The position numbers were made by a program, and so were the translations under genes. A stretch of 30,513 nucleotides of DNA from Candidatus Xenobia bacterium (GTDB lineage Bacteria; Vulcanimicrobiota; Xenobia; Xenobiales; QWHO01), in NCBI GenBank assembly GCA_045863235.1, contig BTUM01000088.1, positions 1 through 30,513 of the forward strand, given 5' to 3'. Shown one piece after another: positions 9,101 to 16,959 of this stretch (position 1 is its first letter; each line of letters begins with the position of its first letter). The notes beneath the pieces were generated by a model, which worked only from the letters and a program-made list of their open reading frames with translations, was not told the DNA's origin and ran no database searches.

Positions 9101-10985
9101 CTGGAGGGTGGTCGCCCGCGCCTTCACGGCCGATTCTCGCTTCGGACAGGCCGAGACCGAAGTGGTGGTCTCCAAAGACCTGCTCGTGCGCCTGGACGCC
9201 CCTCGCTTTCTGACCGAGCGTGATGAGGCGACGGTGGCAGTGCTGGTGCAAAACAACCTGGATCAGCCCCAGCAGGCCGAAGTGTCGCTGCAGGCGGAGG
9301 GCGGCTCTCCCGAGAGCAGTCCGGAGCACCAGCTGTCGGTGGCTGGCAAGTCCCAGAAGGGCGTCGAATTCCCTCTTTCGGTGGCCCGTGAGGGTTGGCT
9401 GGTGCTCACCGCCCTGGCTCGCGCTCCGCTGGAATCCGACGCTTTCAAGCGCAAGATCCCCATTCTGCCCCACGGGACCGTCGTGCAGCGCTATCAGGCC
9501 GGCTCGTTCCGCCGCCAGGCCACCATCGAGCTGAAGGTGCCCGCTGAACGAAATCCCCCCTCGGCCCGCCTCGAGGTGCGTCTTTCCACCACTCTGGCCG
9601 GGCCGGTGCTGGCAGCCATCGAGCAATTGAGCGATTCTCCCTACGCCAGCGTGGAGCAGACCGTCTCTCGTTTCGTGCCGGCAGCCTGCGTGGCCCGGGC
9701 TCTGAAGGATGTCGAGCTGCCGGGCAACGAGCTGGCCCGCCGGGTGCCTCAGCTCATGCAGGCCGGCCTCTCGCGCCTGGCCAGCTTCCAGCATGCGGAC
9801 GGAGGATGGGGTTGGTGGAAAGAGGATCCCACCGACCCGCTGATGACCGCCTACGTGGTGCACGGCCTGACCCTGGCTCGCCAGGCTGGCTACCAGGTGA
9901 GCGACCCCATGCTCACTCGGGGCCGCAACTACCTCCGCCGCCAGGTCGACCAACTGAAGCCGGATGAGGCGGCCTGGGCGCTCCTTGCCCTGAGCCTCTC
10001 CGAGCAGGCCCCTGAAGCCGGGCTGGAGCGGGCCTACCAGAGTCGCTCGCAACTGGGTCTGACAGAGCGTTTCCTGTTGGCTCAGGGCCTGCATCACCAG
10101 GGTCGCGCCGAGGAGGCTCGCAACCTCTTACAGGAGGCCGGAGAATCTCGCACCGGCGACTCGTTCACCGAGGATGTCGAGACCAACGCCGCCGCTCTGA
10201 TGGCCTACTCCGCCATCTACCCGGAGGACCCACTGGTAGCCGGGCTTGCCCGCTGGTTGGTCGAGCGTCGCGAGGGCAGCGGTTGGAGCTCGACCCGGGC
10301 TACGGCAATGGCCGTGCTGGCCCTGGTCGAGCCCCTCCGGCGCGAGAAGAAGCTGCCTCCCATGCGTTACGGGCTCTTCCTCAACGGCTCGGAGGTGGAT
10401 ACCCGCACGGTGCCCCCTCAGGATTGGTGGAAGGAGCAGACCACCCGTCTGAAAGGGGATCAGGTTCCGGGCGGCGACCTGAAGCTCGAGATCGTGGCCC
10501 AGGGAGACGTGACCGGCTTCTGGTCGACGATGCTTCGCACCACCACCCGAGAGGAAAACCTTGCCCCCTCGGGCGAGGACCTGAAGGTCACCCGACGTTA
10601 CTACCGGTTGGCCAACGGCCGCAGCGAGCCGCTGCGCTCGGGCAAGGCGGTTCGTTTGCGCGATGAGATCGTGGTGGTGCTCGACCTCGAATCGAGACAG
10701 GCTTTGGATTACCTGGTGCTGGAAGACTACCGACCGGCCGGTTGCGAGGTGGTGGGGCTCAATAGCGGCCTTCCCTACGAGGGACTTTGCTCCAACGTCG
10801 AGGTTCGTGACGAGCGGACTGCCTTCTTCATCGCTCACCTCAAACCGGGCAAGAGCCAGCTCTCCTATCGGATGAAGGCGGTGATTCCGGGTCGCTTTCA
10901 CGCCTTGCCGACCCGGTTGTCCGGGATGTACGCCCCCGAGCTGCAGGCCAGCTCCGCCGAGCAACGACTGGAGGTGCTGCCGTGA
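6138..10985 (+). CDS. Alpha-2-macroglobulin family (MG2) protein with signal peptide and N-terminal TPR region; thioester Cys absent
   Basis: TDRPLYRPGQKV, FRVEE, PDSLTTWRVVA, PRFLTERD, FQHADGGWGWW, WSSTRATA, EVRDER and MYAPE are A2M hallmarks. The thioester site reads PYASVEQ rather than PYGCxEQ. Confidence 0.93.
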   Translation: MRGALSLFLVLTLLTASVAALPAEEWQTANQAYRKQSYRLALEAYRRFLRQAKPTDPLRPEASLQVARCYEKLKQPEREREWLEEWLEKAPPGLDAARGWLLLAGLETDSARRRACYGKVIAWLEKRDDGLRELVQAYIGRANCRGKSASVERDLRSALALDPAARYSAQAFLDLASHYRYQLDSPIRALEILHELALLRPGTPEGAEALLEEARIFDELERYPEALETIEQLLSTAPSLPAAREAAELRDEIRGPWLELVGQMLTSSEQADLSLRARNLEQVEVAVYRVDLVQLLKREGTLEAARLPVSGQPLTEQKLSIQPRAPHALYEARLPIPLEKPGAYLVQARSGARTAAALLVRSHLRFFQGDGQVLWLVDSQTGRPVSKAEIWQAYLGEKGYEQLRPSALREGGLVALDFSERPGLVLARVADEYAWAELQGTRQPAKEGLVLTDRPLYRPGQKVHYQAILRTRLGGDALRTPAGESFRVQLVDPSGNRLLDLNREAGPSGLVSGEVTLAPEAAHGRYRLELLQNGWRCAGGSFRVEELRKEEFELTIEPGRGHYQDGQVAELTVSARYPTGQPVARGELVWRAKRLELLAPALSAPGLEWFSPIRLPSRGGALVAEGRTGLDEAGRARARLPIRLDQPVPDALYRYTVEAEVRDRGRRSEVTSTSLLASTRSAYLTVRSQRVFWSTGSEAELDAEAVDVSGRPISLKATWVLSRWAQSARFERQASGQVELKEGRGRFRWRAEQPGFYRVELQASDQEGRPIRAAETFQVGEEGRLFQYGGVQVVSDRELYQVGDLAELVITTNQPAMDVLLLLGDSRRMVVHCPQKLTRLQLPVGADLAPSFSLRAVAMQNGTWLEYEREVLAANTPGVLNVRVQPSPDQKPDEEGLIELSVSDARGAAVAGAEVTVAVADASVFLQEEPVNLVRAFFGRRPVFVMQKEPVRFPPREYHPDTALFRTVRTGPDGTARVKVPYPDSLTTWRVVARAFTADSRFGQAETEVVVSKDLLVRLDAPRFLTERDEATVAVLVQNNLDQPQQAEVSLQAEGGSPESSPEHQLSVAGKSQKGVEFPLSVAREGWLVLTALARAPLESDAFKRKIPILPHGTVVQRYQAGSFRRQATIELKVPAERNPPSARLEVRLSTTLAGPVLAAIEQLSDSPYASVEQTVSRFVPAACVARALKDVELPGNELARRVPQLMQAGLSRLASFQHADGGWGWWKEDPTDPLMTAYVVHGLTLARQAGYQVSDPMLTRGRNYLRRQVDQLKPDEAAWALLALSLSEQAPEAGLERAYQSRSQLGLTERFLLAQGLHHQGRAEEARNLLQEAGESRTGDSFTEDVETNAAALMAYSAIYPEDPLVAGLARWLVERREGSGWSSTRATAMAVLALVEPLRREKKLPPMRYGLFLNGSEVDTRTVPPQDWWKEQTTRLKGDQVPGGDLKLEIVAQGDVTGFWSTMLRTTTREENLAPSGEDLKVTRRYYRLANGRSEPLRSGKAVRLRDEIVVVLDLESRQALDYLVLEDYRPAGCEVVGLNSGLPYEGLCSNVEVRDERTAFFIAHLKPGKSQLSYRMKAVIPGRFHALPTRLSGMYAPELQASSAEQRLEVLP

Positions 10986-11401
10986 GACGCCTGCTGTGGC
11001 TGGCCTTGCTGCTGGTGACCCTGGGTTGCCCGCGGGCCACCGCGCCCCCCTCGCCGGATGCGGTCGGCCTGACCCCGGCCCAGGTGGCCCAGGGGGTGGC
11101 CGAGGTCATGCTCGAGCGGCCCGACCTCGACCAGGCGCTGCGCTGGAGCGAGCCTTCGGCCGGGCTCGAGCTACGCTCTCAGGTGGGCTTCCTGGCCACC
11201 CGCTCGCAGGTTGACTATGGGATCGGCCCGCCTTCCAAGGAAGACAATCGCTGGCAGGTGGTGCTGCCGATTCGCAAGCTGGTGGTGGGCGGGTTCACCT
11301 ATCGAGGTCAGTTGCGCCTCGACCTGGGCGAAGCGGGCCGGCGGGTGGTGCACTCGAGCCTCAAGCTGACCCGCCCGGACGGGGTTGAGCTCAGCCTGTA
11401 A
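10982..11401 (+). CDS. Hypothetical lipoprotein, 139 aa
   Basis: MRRLLWLALLLVTLG-C lipobox; GTGA overlap with the A2M stop. Confidence 0.8.
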   Translation: MRRLLWLALLLVTLGCPRATAPPSPDAVGLTPAQVAQGVAEVMLERPDLDQALRWSEPSAGLELRSQVGFLATRSQVDYGIGPPSKEDNRWQVVLPIRKLVVGGFTYRGQLRLDLGEAGRRVVHSSLKLTRPDGVELSL

Positions 11402-11486
11402 GCTACCGACCCTGATTGCGCTGCTACAGTGCTCGCACTTTGGCTTTGCAAATTCGCTCAATCTGACGGCGTTCCAGCGCGTTGTA

Positions 11487-11513
11487 AAGTGCAAGACCAA
11501 AGGCCTTGCACTT
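11487..11513. terminator. Stem-loop between convergent genes (possible bidirectional terminator)
   Basis: AAGTGCAAG (11487-11495) is the perfect inverse of CTTGCACTT (11505-11513). It extends to 12 bp with one G-U on the minus strand. There is no U-tail. Confidence 0.5.
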
Positions 11514-12269
11514 AGAGTTCGATCTCCTGGCCATCTCTGTAGGTCTTGCGGTCTTCCTTCTGGATGGTGACCTCCGTCAGCTTCCAGGTCCCGTTCTTGA
11601 GCACCCAGACCTCCCTGCTCTCGGTGGTGATCACGTCCTGAAAGTCGATGCTGTCGCCATCAGCCGGTTGATGCTGCGAACCTGTACGGCTACCTTGTCG
11701 GGGCCCTTGGGGGTCAGCTTGAGGATCTCGGTGCTCGACCCGACCCGCAAAGTCTGTTCGACCTTCGCCTCCAGATCATTGATGGCCTGGAACTCTTCTT
11801 GCCAGTACTTGCGCTGACCGGCCCTGTCCAGCTTCTCGCCGTCCACGACCAGAACGTCTGCCGAGATGGCCATGCACTTGTTGATGTCCCGGGTCAGGTA
11901 GGCATAGTCGAAGTCTTCGTACGCCTTCTCGATGATCGCCCGCGCATCCGGGGCCGCCAGGGCGGCCGGGGTGCCCTTGATGTCCATGGGAGGGGGCACG
12001 AAGGGCTGGGTATTGGCCGGGTCGGGAGGAGGGGGAGGGAGCGGTTGGCCCAGGCCAGGTTGGCGCAGATACGCCTTCTGCATCTCTTGCTTGCGGTCGT
12101 ATTCGGCCCGACGCTGCATGTACTCCATGTCTTTGATCTGCTTCTGCTGGGCCATCTGGGCGCTGGCCGCCGGGTCAGGGCGATTTTGCTGGGCCATCTG
12201 CTCGGCAACTTTCTGGGCGCTGCAGGCGGACGCGAGGAGACATGTCAGGATCAAGAGCAAGGCACGCAT
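11512..12269 (-). CDS. Lipoprotein with C-terminal NTF2/SnoaL-like domain, split by a 1-bp frameshift near 11657 (restored 252 aa)
   Basis: LASA-C lipobox, Gln/Pro linker, then AYLTRDINKCMAISAD. After RSINRLM a shifted frame continues DSIDFQDVITTESREVWVLKNGTWKLTEVTIQKEDRKTYRDGQEIEL to TAA at 11514-11512. The span is 758 nt, one short of a multiple of 3. Confidence 0.75.
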
Positions 12270-12363
12270 GGGATGGCCCCTTCCGTTGTGATTGCTCCTG
12301 GTTCGCCGCGGGCCGAGATCCCCCTGGAGCGGGATGCGCCCCCGGCGGGCCGAATTGGCTCAG

Positions 12364-12993
12364 GTGCGGACGGCTCTGCTCCTTCTCATGCTGGCGACCC
12401 GGGTGCTGGCTCATCCCCTGGATGATGCGGTGGTCGAGGCCCACCTCGAGCCCGGCCGGGCCCGTCTCTCCATGCTGCTGGCCCATCCCTTGATCGCAAG
12501 CTATGACGAGAATGGCGATCGGCTGCTTTCGAGCCTTGAGGTGGAGAAGCACCGTACCGAGCTGACCTCTCTGCTGGGGAAGCACCTGGGCCTGTCCCCT
12601 GGTGCTGAGCTGGAGATCCAGGCGGACGAGCAGGCCGTGGCTCTGGAGGCCCACACGCGCCTGCTGGCCCTGGCCCTCTGGCCGCAACCGCTGGACGCCT
12701 TCGAGTTGGACTACTCGCTCTGGCCGCCCCGAGCGGATGGACCAAAGTGCTTTCTGGTGGTGCAGAGCTCGGGCCGGTCGATCTCGGCTGTCCTCAGCCA
12801 GGAGCATTCGAAATTCCGCCTGCCGCTGACCTGGCGCGGCCGGTTGCAGCAGCGGGCCACTCCCATCGTGCTGGCCCTCGGCTTGGGAGCCGCGCTCGCT
12901 CTCCTGGCGTTGAGCCGAAAGTCTCCTCGAGGGGCCCTGGGGGGCGCTGCTCTTCTGGCTGCCGGGGCGGCTTACTGGCTGGTTCGGCCTTGA
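12364..12993 (+). CDS. Exported, membrane-anchored protein related to the N-terminal domain of extended HupE/UreJ-type proteins; EF-hand-like loop
   Basis: GTG 12364 gives signal peptide MRTALLLLMLATRVLA-HP, then DENGDRLLSSLE loop and two C-terminal hydrophobic helices. Family assignment is tentative. Confidence 0.6.
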   Translation: MRTALLLLMLATRVLAHPLDDAVVEAHLEPGRARLSMLLAHPLIASYDENGDRLLSSLEVEKHRTELTSLLGKHLGLSPGAELEIQADEQAVALEAHTRLLALALWPQPLDAFELDYSLWPPRADGPKCFLVVQSSGRSISAVLSQEHSKFRLPLTWRGRLQQRATPIVLALGLGAALALLALSRKSPRGALGGAALLAAGAAYWLVRP

Positions 12994-13000
12994 GATACCG

Positions 13001-13085
13001 GCTAGAAGTCCAGCCGCAAACCCCCATGTGGTGTCGGAGGGAACCTCCGCCACCACAAGATGTTGTAGGCGGCTGGACTTCTAGC
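13001..13085. repeat. 85-bp long palindromic element (REP/MITE-like hairpin)
   Basis: Perfect 17-bp inverted arms GCTAGAAGTCCAGCCGC / GCGGCTGGACTTCTAGC enclose an inner stem TGTGGTG-T-CGGAGG-gaa-CCTCCG-C-CACCACA. Confidence 0.85.
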
Positions 13086-13118
13086 ACAATATGTTGGGCG
13101 TCGCGCAGCCGGAATACC

Positions 13119-14072
13119 GTGTCAATTGGGTTTCCGCTCCTACTGCTCTTGCTCTGCCTGCTGGGGGCGCCTTCTCTGGCTCACCCGGGTGACCACGCCT
13201 TCGTGCGCATTCAGGTGCGGGGCACCGAGGTGCAGGCCGAGCTCGACCTGCCCGCCCAGGTGCTGGCGACCCTGGATCGCAACGGCGACTTCCTGCTCGA
13301 CGCCAGAGAGATGGCCGGTCAGGAGCGCTTCCTGGCCAGCTCCATCCAACTCGCCAGCCAGGGGCTGGCGGTGACCCCCCACCTGGAGCTCCTGCCCACG
13401 CCCGCCTGGCAGGAAGTACCCGAGTCGCTGATCGAGCGGGGGAACTCCTTCGTGCTCCTCAAGCTCACCTACCGGTGGCCCTATGAGGTGCGCCAGCTAT
13501 CGGTGCGGTTCGACCTCTTCGCGGTGGCCGCCGAGCCCGACTGCAGCGTGCGTCTGGATGGTCTGGGCCCGCGTCAGCGCCTCAAGCTGAAGCCGGATTC
13601 CCCCACGGCCGAGTTTGGCACCCCTTCCGGCTGGATGCTGGTTCCTGCGGGGGGAAGCGACCTGAGCGCGCTGGCCTGCCTGGCCGGTCTGGCCGCGGCG
13701 CAACAGGGTCGGCTGGCCTTTCTGGTGGCCTACCTGGTGGTTCTGGCCGGGTTCCTGTCGCGTCCGAGCAGCCCATTCCCCGCAACGACCGCGACCTGCA
13801 TCCTGGTTCTGGCTTTGCTGACCGCCAGGGTGGGGTTGAGCCGACCCCGCCTGCCCCTCTGGCTGCTTTCCCTGGCCTGCGGAGCGGCGCTGGCGGCCCA
13901 TCGAGCGGCTGGCTGGCAGATCGTCACTGCACCTGCGGCATGCTGGTTCGCCGGGGGCACTCTGGTCGGCTTGCTTCTGGCAGGGCTCCTGGGTCGTCTG
14001 GCGGGGCGGCGCCAGCCCGTTCTGGCCGGAGGCTTCTTGCTGCTGGCCCTGCTCGCTCTTCTCAGTTCTTGA
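13119..14072 (+). CDS. Paralog of the preceding gene with a degenerate HupE/UreJ-like multi-pass C-terminal domain, 317 aa
   Basis: GTG 13119 gives signal peptide ...LLCLLGAPSLA-HPGDH, then DRNGDFLLDARE loop and about 5-6 C-terminal TM segments. The track start at 12747 runs through the previous gene and the hairpin. Confidence 0.6.
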   Translation: MSIGFPLLLLLLCLLGAPSLAHPGDHAFVRIQVRGTEVQAELDLPAQVLATLDRNGDFLLDAREMAGQERFLASSIQLASQGLAVTPHLELLPTPAWQEVPESLIERGNSFVLLKLTYRWPYEVRQLSVRFDLFAVAAEPDCSVRLDGLGPRQRLKLKPDSPTAEFGTPSGWMLVPAGGSDLSALACLAGLAAAQQGRLAFLVAYLVVLAGFLSRPSSPFPATTATCILVLALLTARVGLSRPRLPLWLLSLACGAALAAHRAAGWQIVTAPAACWFAGGTLVGLLLAGLLGRLAGRRQPVLAGGFLLLALLALLSS

Positions 14073-14643
14073 ACCGGATTGCGAACTTGAGGCTGTGCTG
14101 GCGGGGCTCTCCCCGAAAGATCTGCTCCCCGGTCATGCTGACCTCCAGCCTGCGCGTATCGACCGGATTGGCCACTGTGAAGGCCACGATCTCGCGGCCG
14201 ATCACATCTCCTCCGTTGGTATAGTCGGCCAGGGTCAAGCTCTGCCAGTTCTCGATGGGCTGCGCGCTGGTGGTGGGCGGAACGGCATACTCGCGTCGGT
14301 TCAGGGTGCGGGTGGCGCTGTCGTGCCAGTAGACGATGTACTTCTGCCAGATGATGGAGCCGTCCGGGCTCAGGGTGGGGGAACCGCCCCCCGAGGCGGG
14401 CACGGCCGACATCATGGCCACGGCCGAGGCGCTCGAGCTGACGCTGTCGAAGGCGCTGGTCTCCATCTCCCGGCTCATGCGCGAGGCGGCCAGCTGAAGC
14501 TGGCGCAGCAACTCGCCCCGCATATCGCCCTGGGCCACGGCCCGTCCTCCGGTGACATACAGAAACAAGATCGCCCCGGTCAGGATGCCGAGGATCGAGA
14601 TGGCCACCAGGATCTCGACCAGCGTGTGTCCGTGGCGTCTCAC
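14062..14643 (-). CDS. Type IV minor pilin / pseudopilin (PilW/GspJ-like)
   Basis: Class III signal MRRHG|HTLVEILVAISILGIL with Glu at +5; GTGA overlap with the upstream pilin gene. Confidence 0.85.
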   Translation of the reverse strand: MRRHGHTLVEILVAISILGILTGAILFLYVTGGRAVAQGDMRGELLRQLQLAASRMSREMETSAFDSVSSSASAVAMMSAVPASGGGSPTLSPDGSIIWQKYIVYWHDSATRTLNRREYAVPPTTSAQPIENWQSLTLADYTNGGDVIGREIVAFTVANPVDTRRLEVSMTGEQIFRGEPRQHSLKFAIRFKN

Positions 14644-15051
14644 GGAGGGGGCTCCACGAAGTAGGTCTCGAGGATCACGGGGGGACGATCGGGCTGGCCG
14701 TAGACCTCGACCGAGACCGACTTCAGGCCGGGCCGGAGCTCCTCCACGCGGACCAGCACGGGCTTCTGGTCCACCATGGGGTAAGGTGGAGGAGGGAACC
14801 CGGACACGGGCGGATCGTTGTTGCGCCCGTCAAACACGCTGTCGGAGGCCGGCAGGTAGGCAAAGCCGCCCTCCTTGATCGATTCGAGCATTTCTCGACC
14901 CGCTTCGGTGGAGGCGGTCATGGCTTCTCCCCGGGTCATCAGGCGCAGGCCGCCCACGAAGATCCCGATCATGGCCAGCAAGGCCATGGAGGTCACCGCC
15001 ATGGCCACCAGCAATTCGGCCAGAGAGAGGCCCCTGGAGGTCGGGCCGCAT
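14640..15051 (-). CDS. Type IV minor pilin / pseudopilin (PilV/GspI-like); start uncertain
   Basis: SRG|LSLAELLVAMAVTSMALLAMIGIF prepilin motif. ATG 15051 is one base out of frame; the alternative is an in-frame GTG at 15113. Confidence 0.75.
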
Positions 15052-15175
15052 GCCTCTTCGTAGCGTCGGCGTCGCAGGAGCTTATGCTCTCGACCCTGTG
15101 GCCAGCCCTGCACAATCTGTTTGGCGTCGCGCGGCGGGAAAGTCTCGTCAAGGTTCTTTCCGGCCGGGCTGCTGG

Positions 15176-16924
15176 CTACATCTCGATCCAAGACTTCAGC
15201 CTGATGGTGGCCGCGCCGCTCGCCGACGCGCCCCCAAACTTGTCGATGGTCTCCTCGTTGAGGGTCAGGTCGACGCCCTTCTTCAGGATGATGTCTCCCG
15301 GATTGACGGCCTGGCCGTCCACCGTCCCCCCGGCGCTGGTGTTGCTGCCGGTGGCGAACACGGCCCCCACCACGGATACGTCGCTGTTGGCGTACAGGTA
15401 GCCGTTGGTGTAGATCGAGCCCTGAAAGTAAGACGAGCCCATCTTGTTGACGTCGAACTGCCTGACCGCCGTCATGACCTCCTCCAGCAGGCAGACGTCC
15501 ACGTGGGAGGCGTAAAGCATGATGCCGTCGTGCCGGTGATCGCCGGCGTTCCAGTGCTGCTCGGGATCCCACGTCTTCTCTTCGGAGCCGAATTTGGCCA
15601 GGTCGCGCAACCTCTGGACCATGAAGTCCCGCGTGGGGCCAGGTGGCTGGCTGGTCTCGATGTGGTCGGCCAGTCGCCAGGCCGAACCGTCGTTGTTGAC
15701 GTCCCAACCGCCCAGATCGTTGAGGTAGTTGTCCATCTGGTCGTGGGCGGGGCCGGAATCGAACAGGTCGTCTGGCGTCTTGGTGGAGACCAGGTTCTGC
15801 AGGTCTTGCAGAGCCTGAATGGTCTGGTTGAACTCGCTCTGGGCCACGGGATTTGCCGCGACGACTGCCTGCAGGTAGTTGGTGCCGTCAAAGCCGCTCA
15901 GCTCCACGCTGCCGTGGCTGTAGAGGGCCACTCCGTCGGCGCCGCTCAAGGTGGTGTCGCCCTTCAGGACGGTTTTTCCGGTGATGTAGAGCTCGCCCGA
16001 GCCGGAGAGGGATCCGTTGATGGTCACGTCGCCGTTGACATAGATCTTGGCCCCGTCCAGATTGACGTCGCCGTTGATGGTGATGGGGCCGGTGAGAGAG
16101 TACTCTCCCGGGTCGACCTGGGTGAATCCGACCGGATTGAGGCCCGGGTTGGGATGACCGCTGTTGGTGCTAACCGTGTTCACGATGTCGACGACCGGAG
16201 CCGTCTTGTCCCCGGCGTTGTTGAGGACTCCGCCGCTGGGCATATAGCCGTTGAGATCGACGGCATTGGGGGCGGTGCTGCGGGCGCTGACCTTGCCGCT
16301 GATGTTGGCGGTTCCGGTGCCATCCCAGGTGACCACGTTGTTGGTGTTTCCGGGGGTGTTGGCGTGCAACTCGGCCGCCACCGACTGGCCGGTAAGCAGA
16401 TCGGAAATGCCGTTGATGGTCACGTTACCGCTCATCAGAATGCGGCTGGCGGCCAGGATTCCGGCCGAGAAGGAGCTGTTGGCCGTGCCGTTCAGGAAAA
16501 CGTGCACCTTGCGCGTCGAGCCTCCCACCCGGGCGGTGACCACCACTTCGGCCGAGCCCGCTGGCACGGTGTTGTCGCCTCGGGGGCCATCCACCAGGCT
16601 CATGCCCTTCAGATTGTTGACCGATTCGTCCGGACCGGGCTTCACGCCGGTAGCCGCGAACCGCACGCTGTACGTCCCGGGCCCATGCTTGAGAGGCTCG
16701 TCGGTGAATCCGGTATTCCAGTCCACGTCGGCGGCCAGGCAGGCCATGACATCCGCCACCCCGGCTTCCAGGGCATAGCCCGCGGCCACGCGATCTTGAT
16801 AGGCGCGGCTGCTGAAGGCGCTGCCGTGGCTGATCAAGATCAGGGCTTTGGCCAGGGTAAACAGAACCAGGCCCGCCAGCAAAACGGTCGCGAGGGCAGA
16901 GCCGCGCTTGAATCGACGAGCCAT
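15176..16924 (-). CDS. PilX/GspK-like large minor pilin with Gly/Asn-rich beta-solenoid-like C-terminus, 582 aa
   Basis: MARRFKRG|SALATVLL (no Glu+5, typical of PilX/GspK), AGYALEAGV PilX-N motif, repeated TINGDV / VNGDVTING / GSIYTNG strands. Confidence 0.8.
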   Translation of the reverse strand: MARRFKRGSALATVLLAGLVLFTLAKALILISHGSAFSSRAYQDRVAAGYALEAGVADVMACLAADVDWNTGFTDEPLKHGPGTYSVRFAATGVKPGPDESVNNLKGMSLVDGPRGDNTVPAGSAEVVVTARVGGSTRKVHVFLNGTANSSFSAGILAASRILMSGNVTINGISDLLTGQSVAAELHANTPGNTNNVVTWDGTGTANISGKVSARSTAPNAVDLNGYMPSGGVLNNAGDKTAPVVDIVNTVSTNSGHPNPGLNPVGFTQVDPGEYSLTGPITINGDVNLDGAKIYVNGDVTINGSLSGSGELYITGKTVLKGDTTLSGADGVALYSHGSVELSGFDGTNYLQAVVAANPVAQSEFNQTIQALQDLQNLVSTKTPDDLFDSGPAHDQMDNYLNDLGGWDVNNDGSAWRLADHIETSQPPGPTRDFMVQRLRDLAKFGSEEKTWDPEQHWNAGDHRHDGIMLYASHVDVCLLEEVMTAVRQFDVNKMGSSYFQGSIYTNGYLYANSDVSVVGAVFATGSNTSAGGTVDGQAVNPGDIILKKGVDLTLNEETIDKFGGASASGAATIRLKSWIEM

Positions 16925-16959
16925 CTTCCTACTTTAGCAAAGGAATCGACCAAAGTCAC
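16925..16959 (-). promoter_or_regulatory. Putative sigma70 extended -10 promoter giving a leaderless transcript of the PilX-like gene
   Basis: Minus strand GTGACT-N17-TAAAGT with TG one base upstream of the -10, then 6 nt and the ATG at 16924. Confidence 0.35.

Noticed and set aside
3747..10964. Long minus-strand ORFs 3747-5573, 6729-7823, 8688-10097 and 10128-10964
   Set aside because: Antisense to well-supported genes (def, PilZ, A2M) with no motifs of their own; a typical high-GC artefact.
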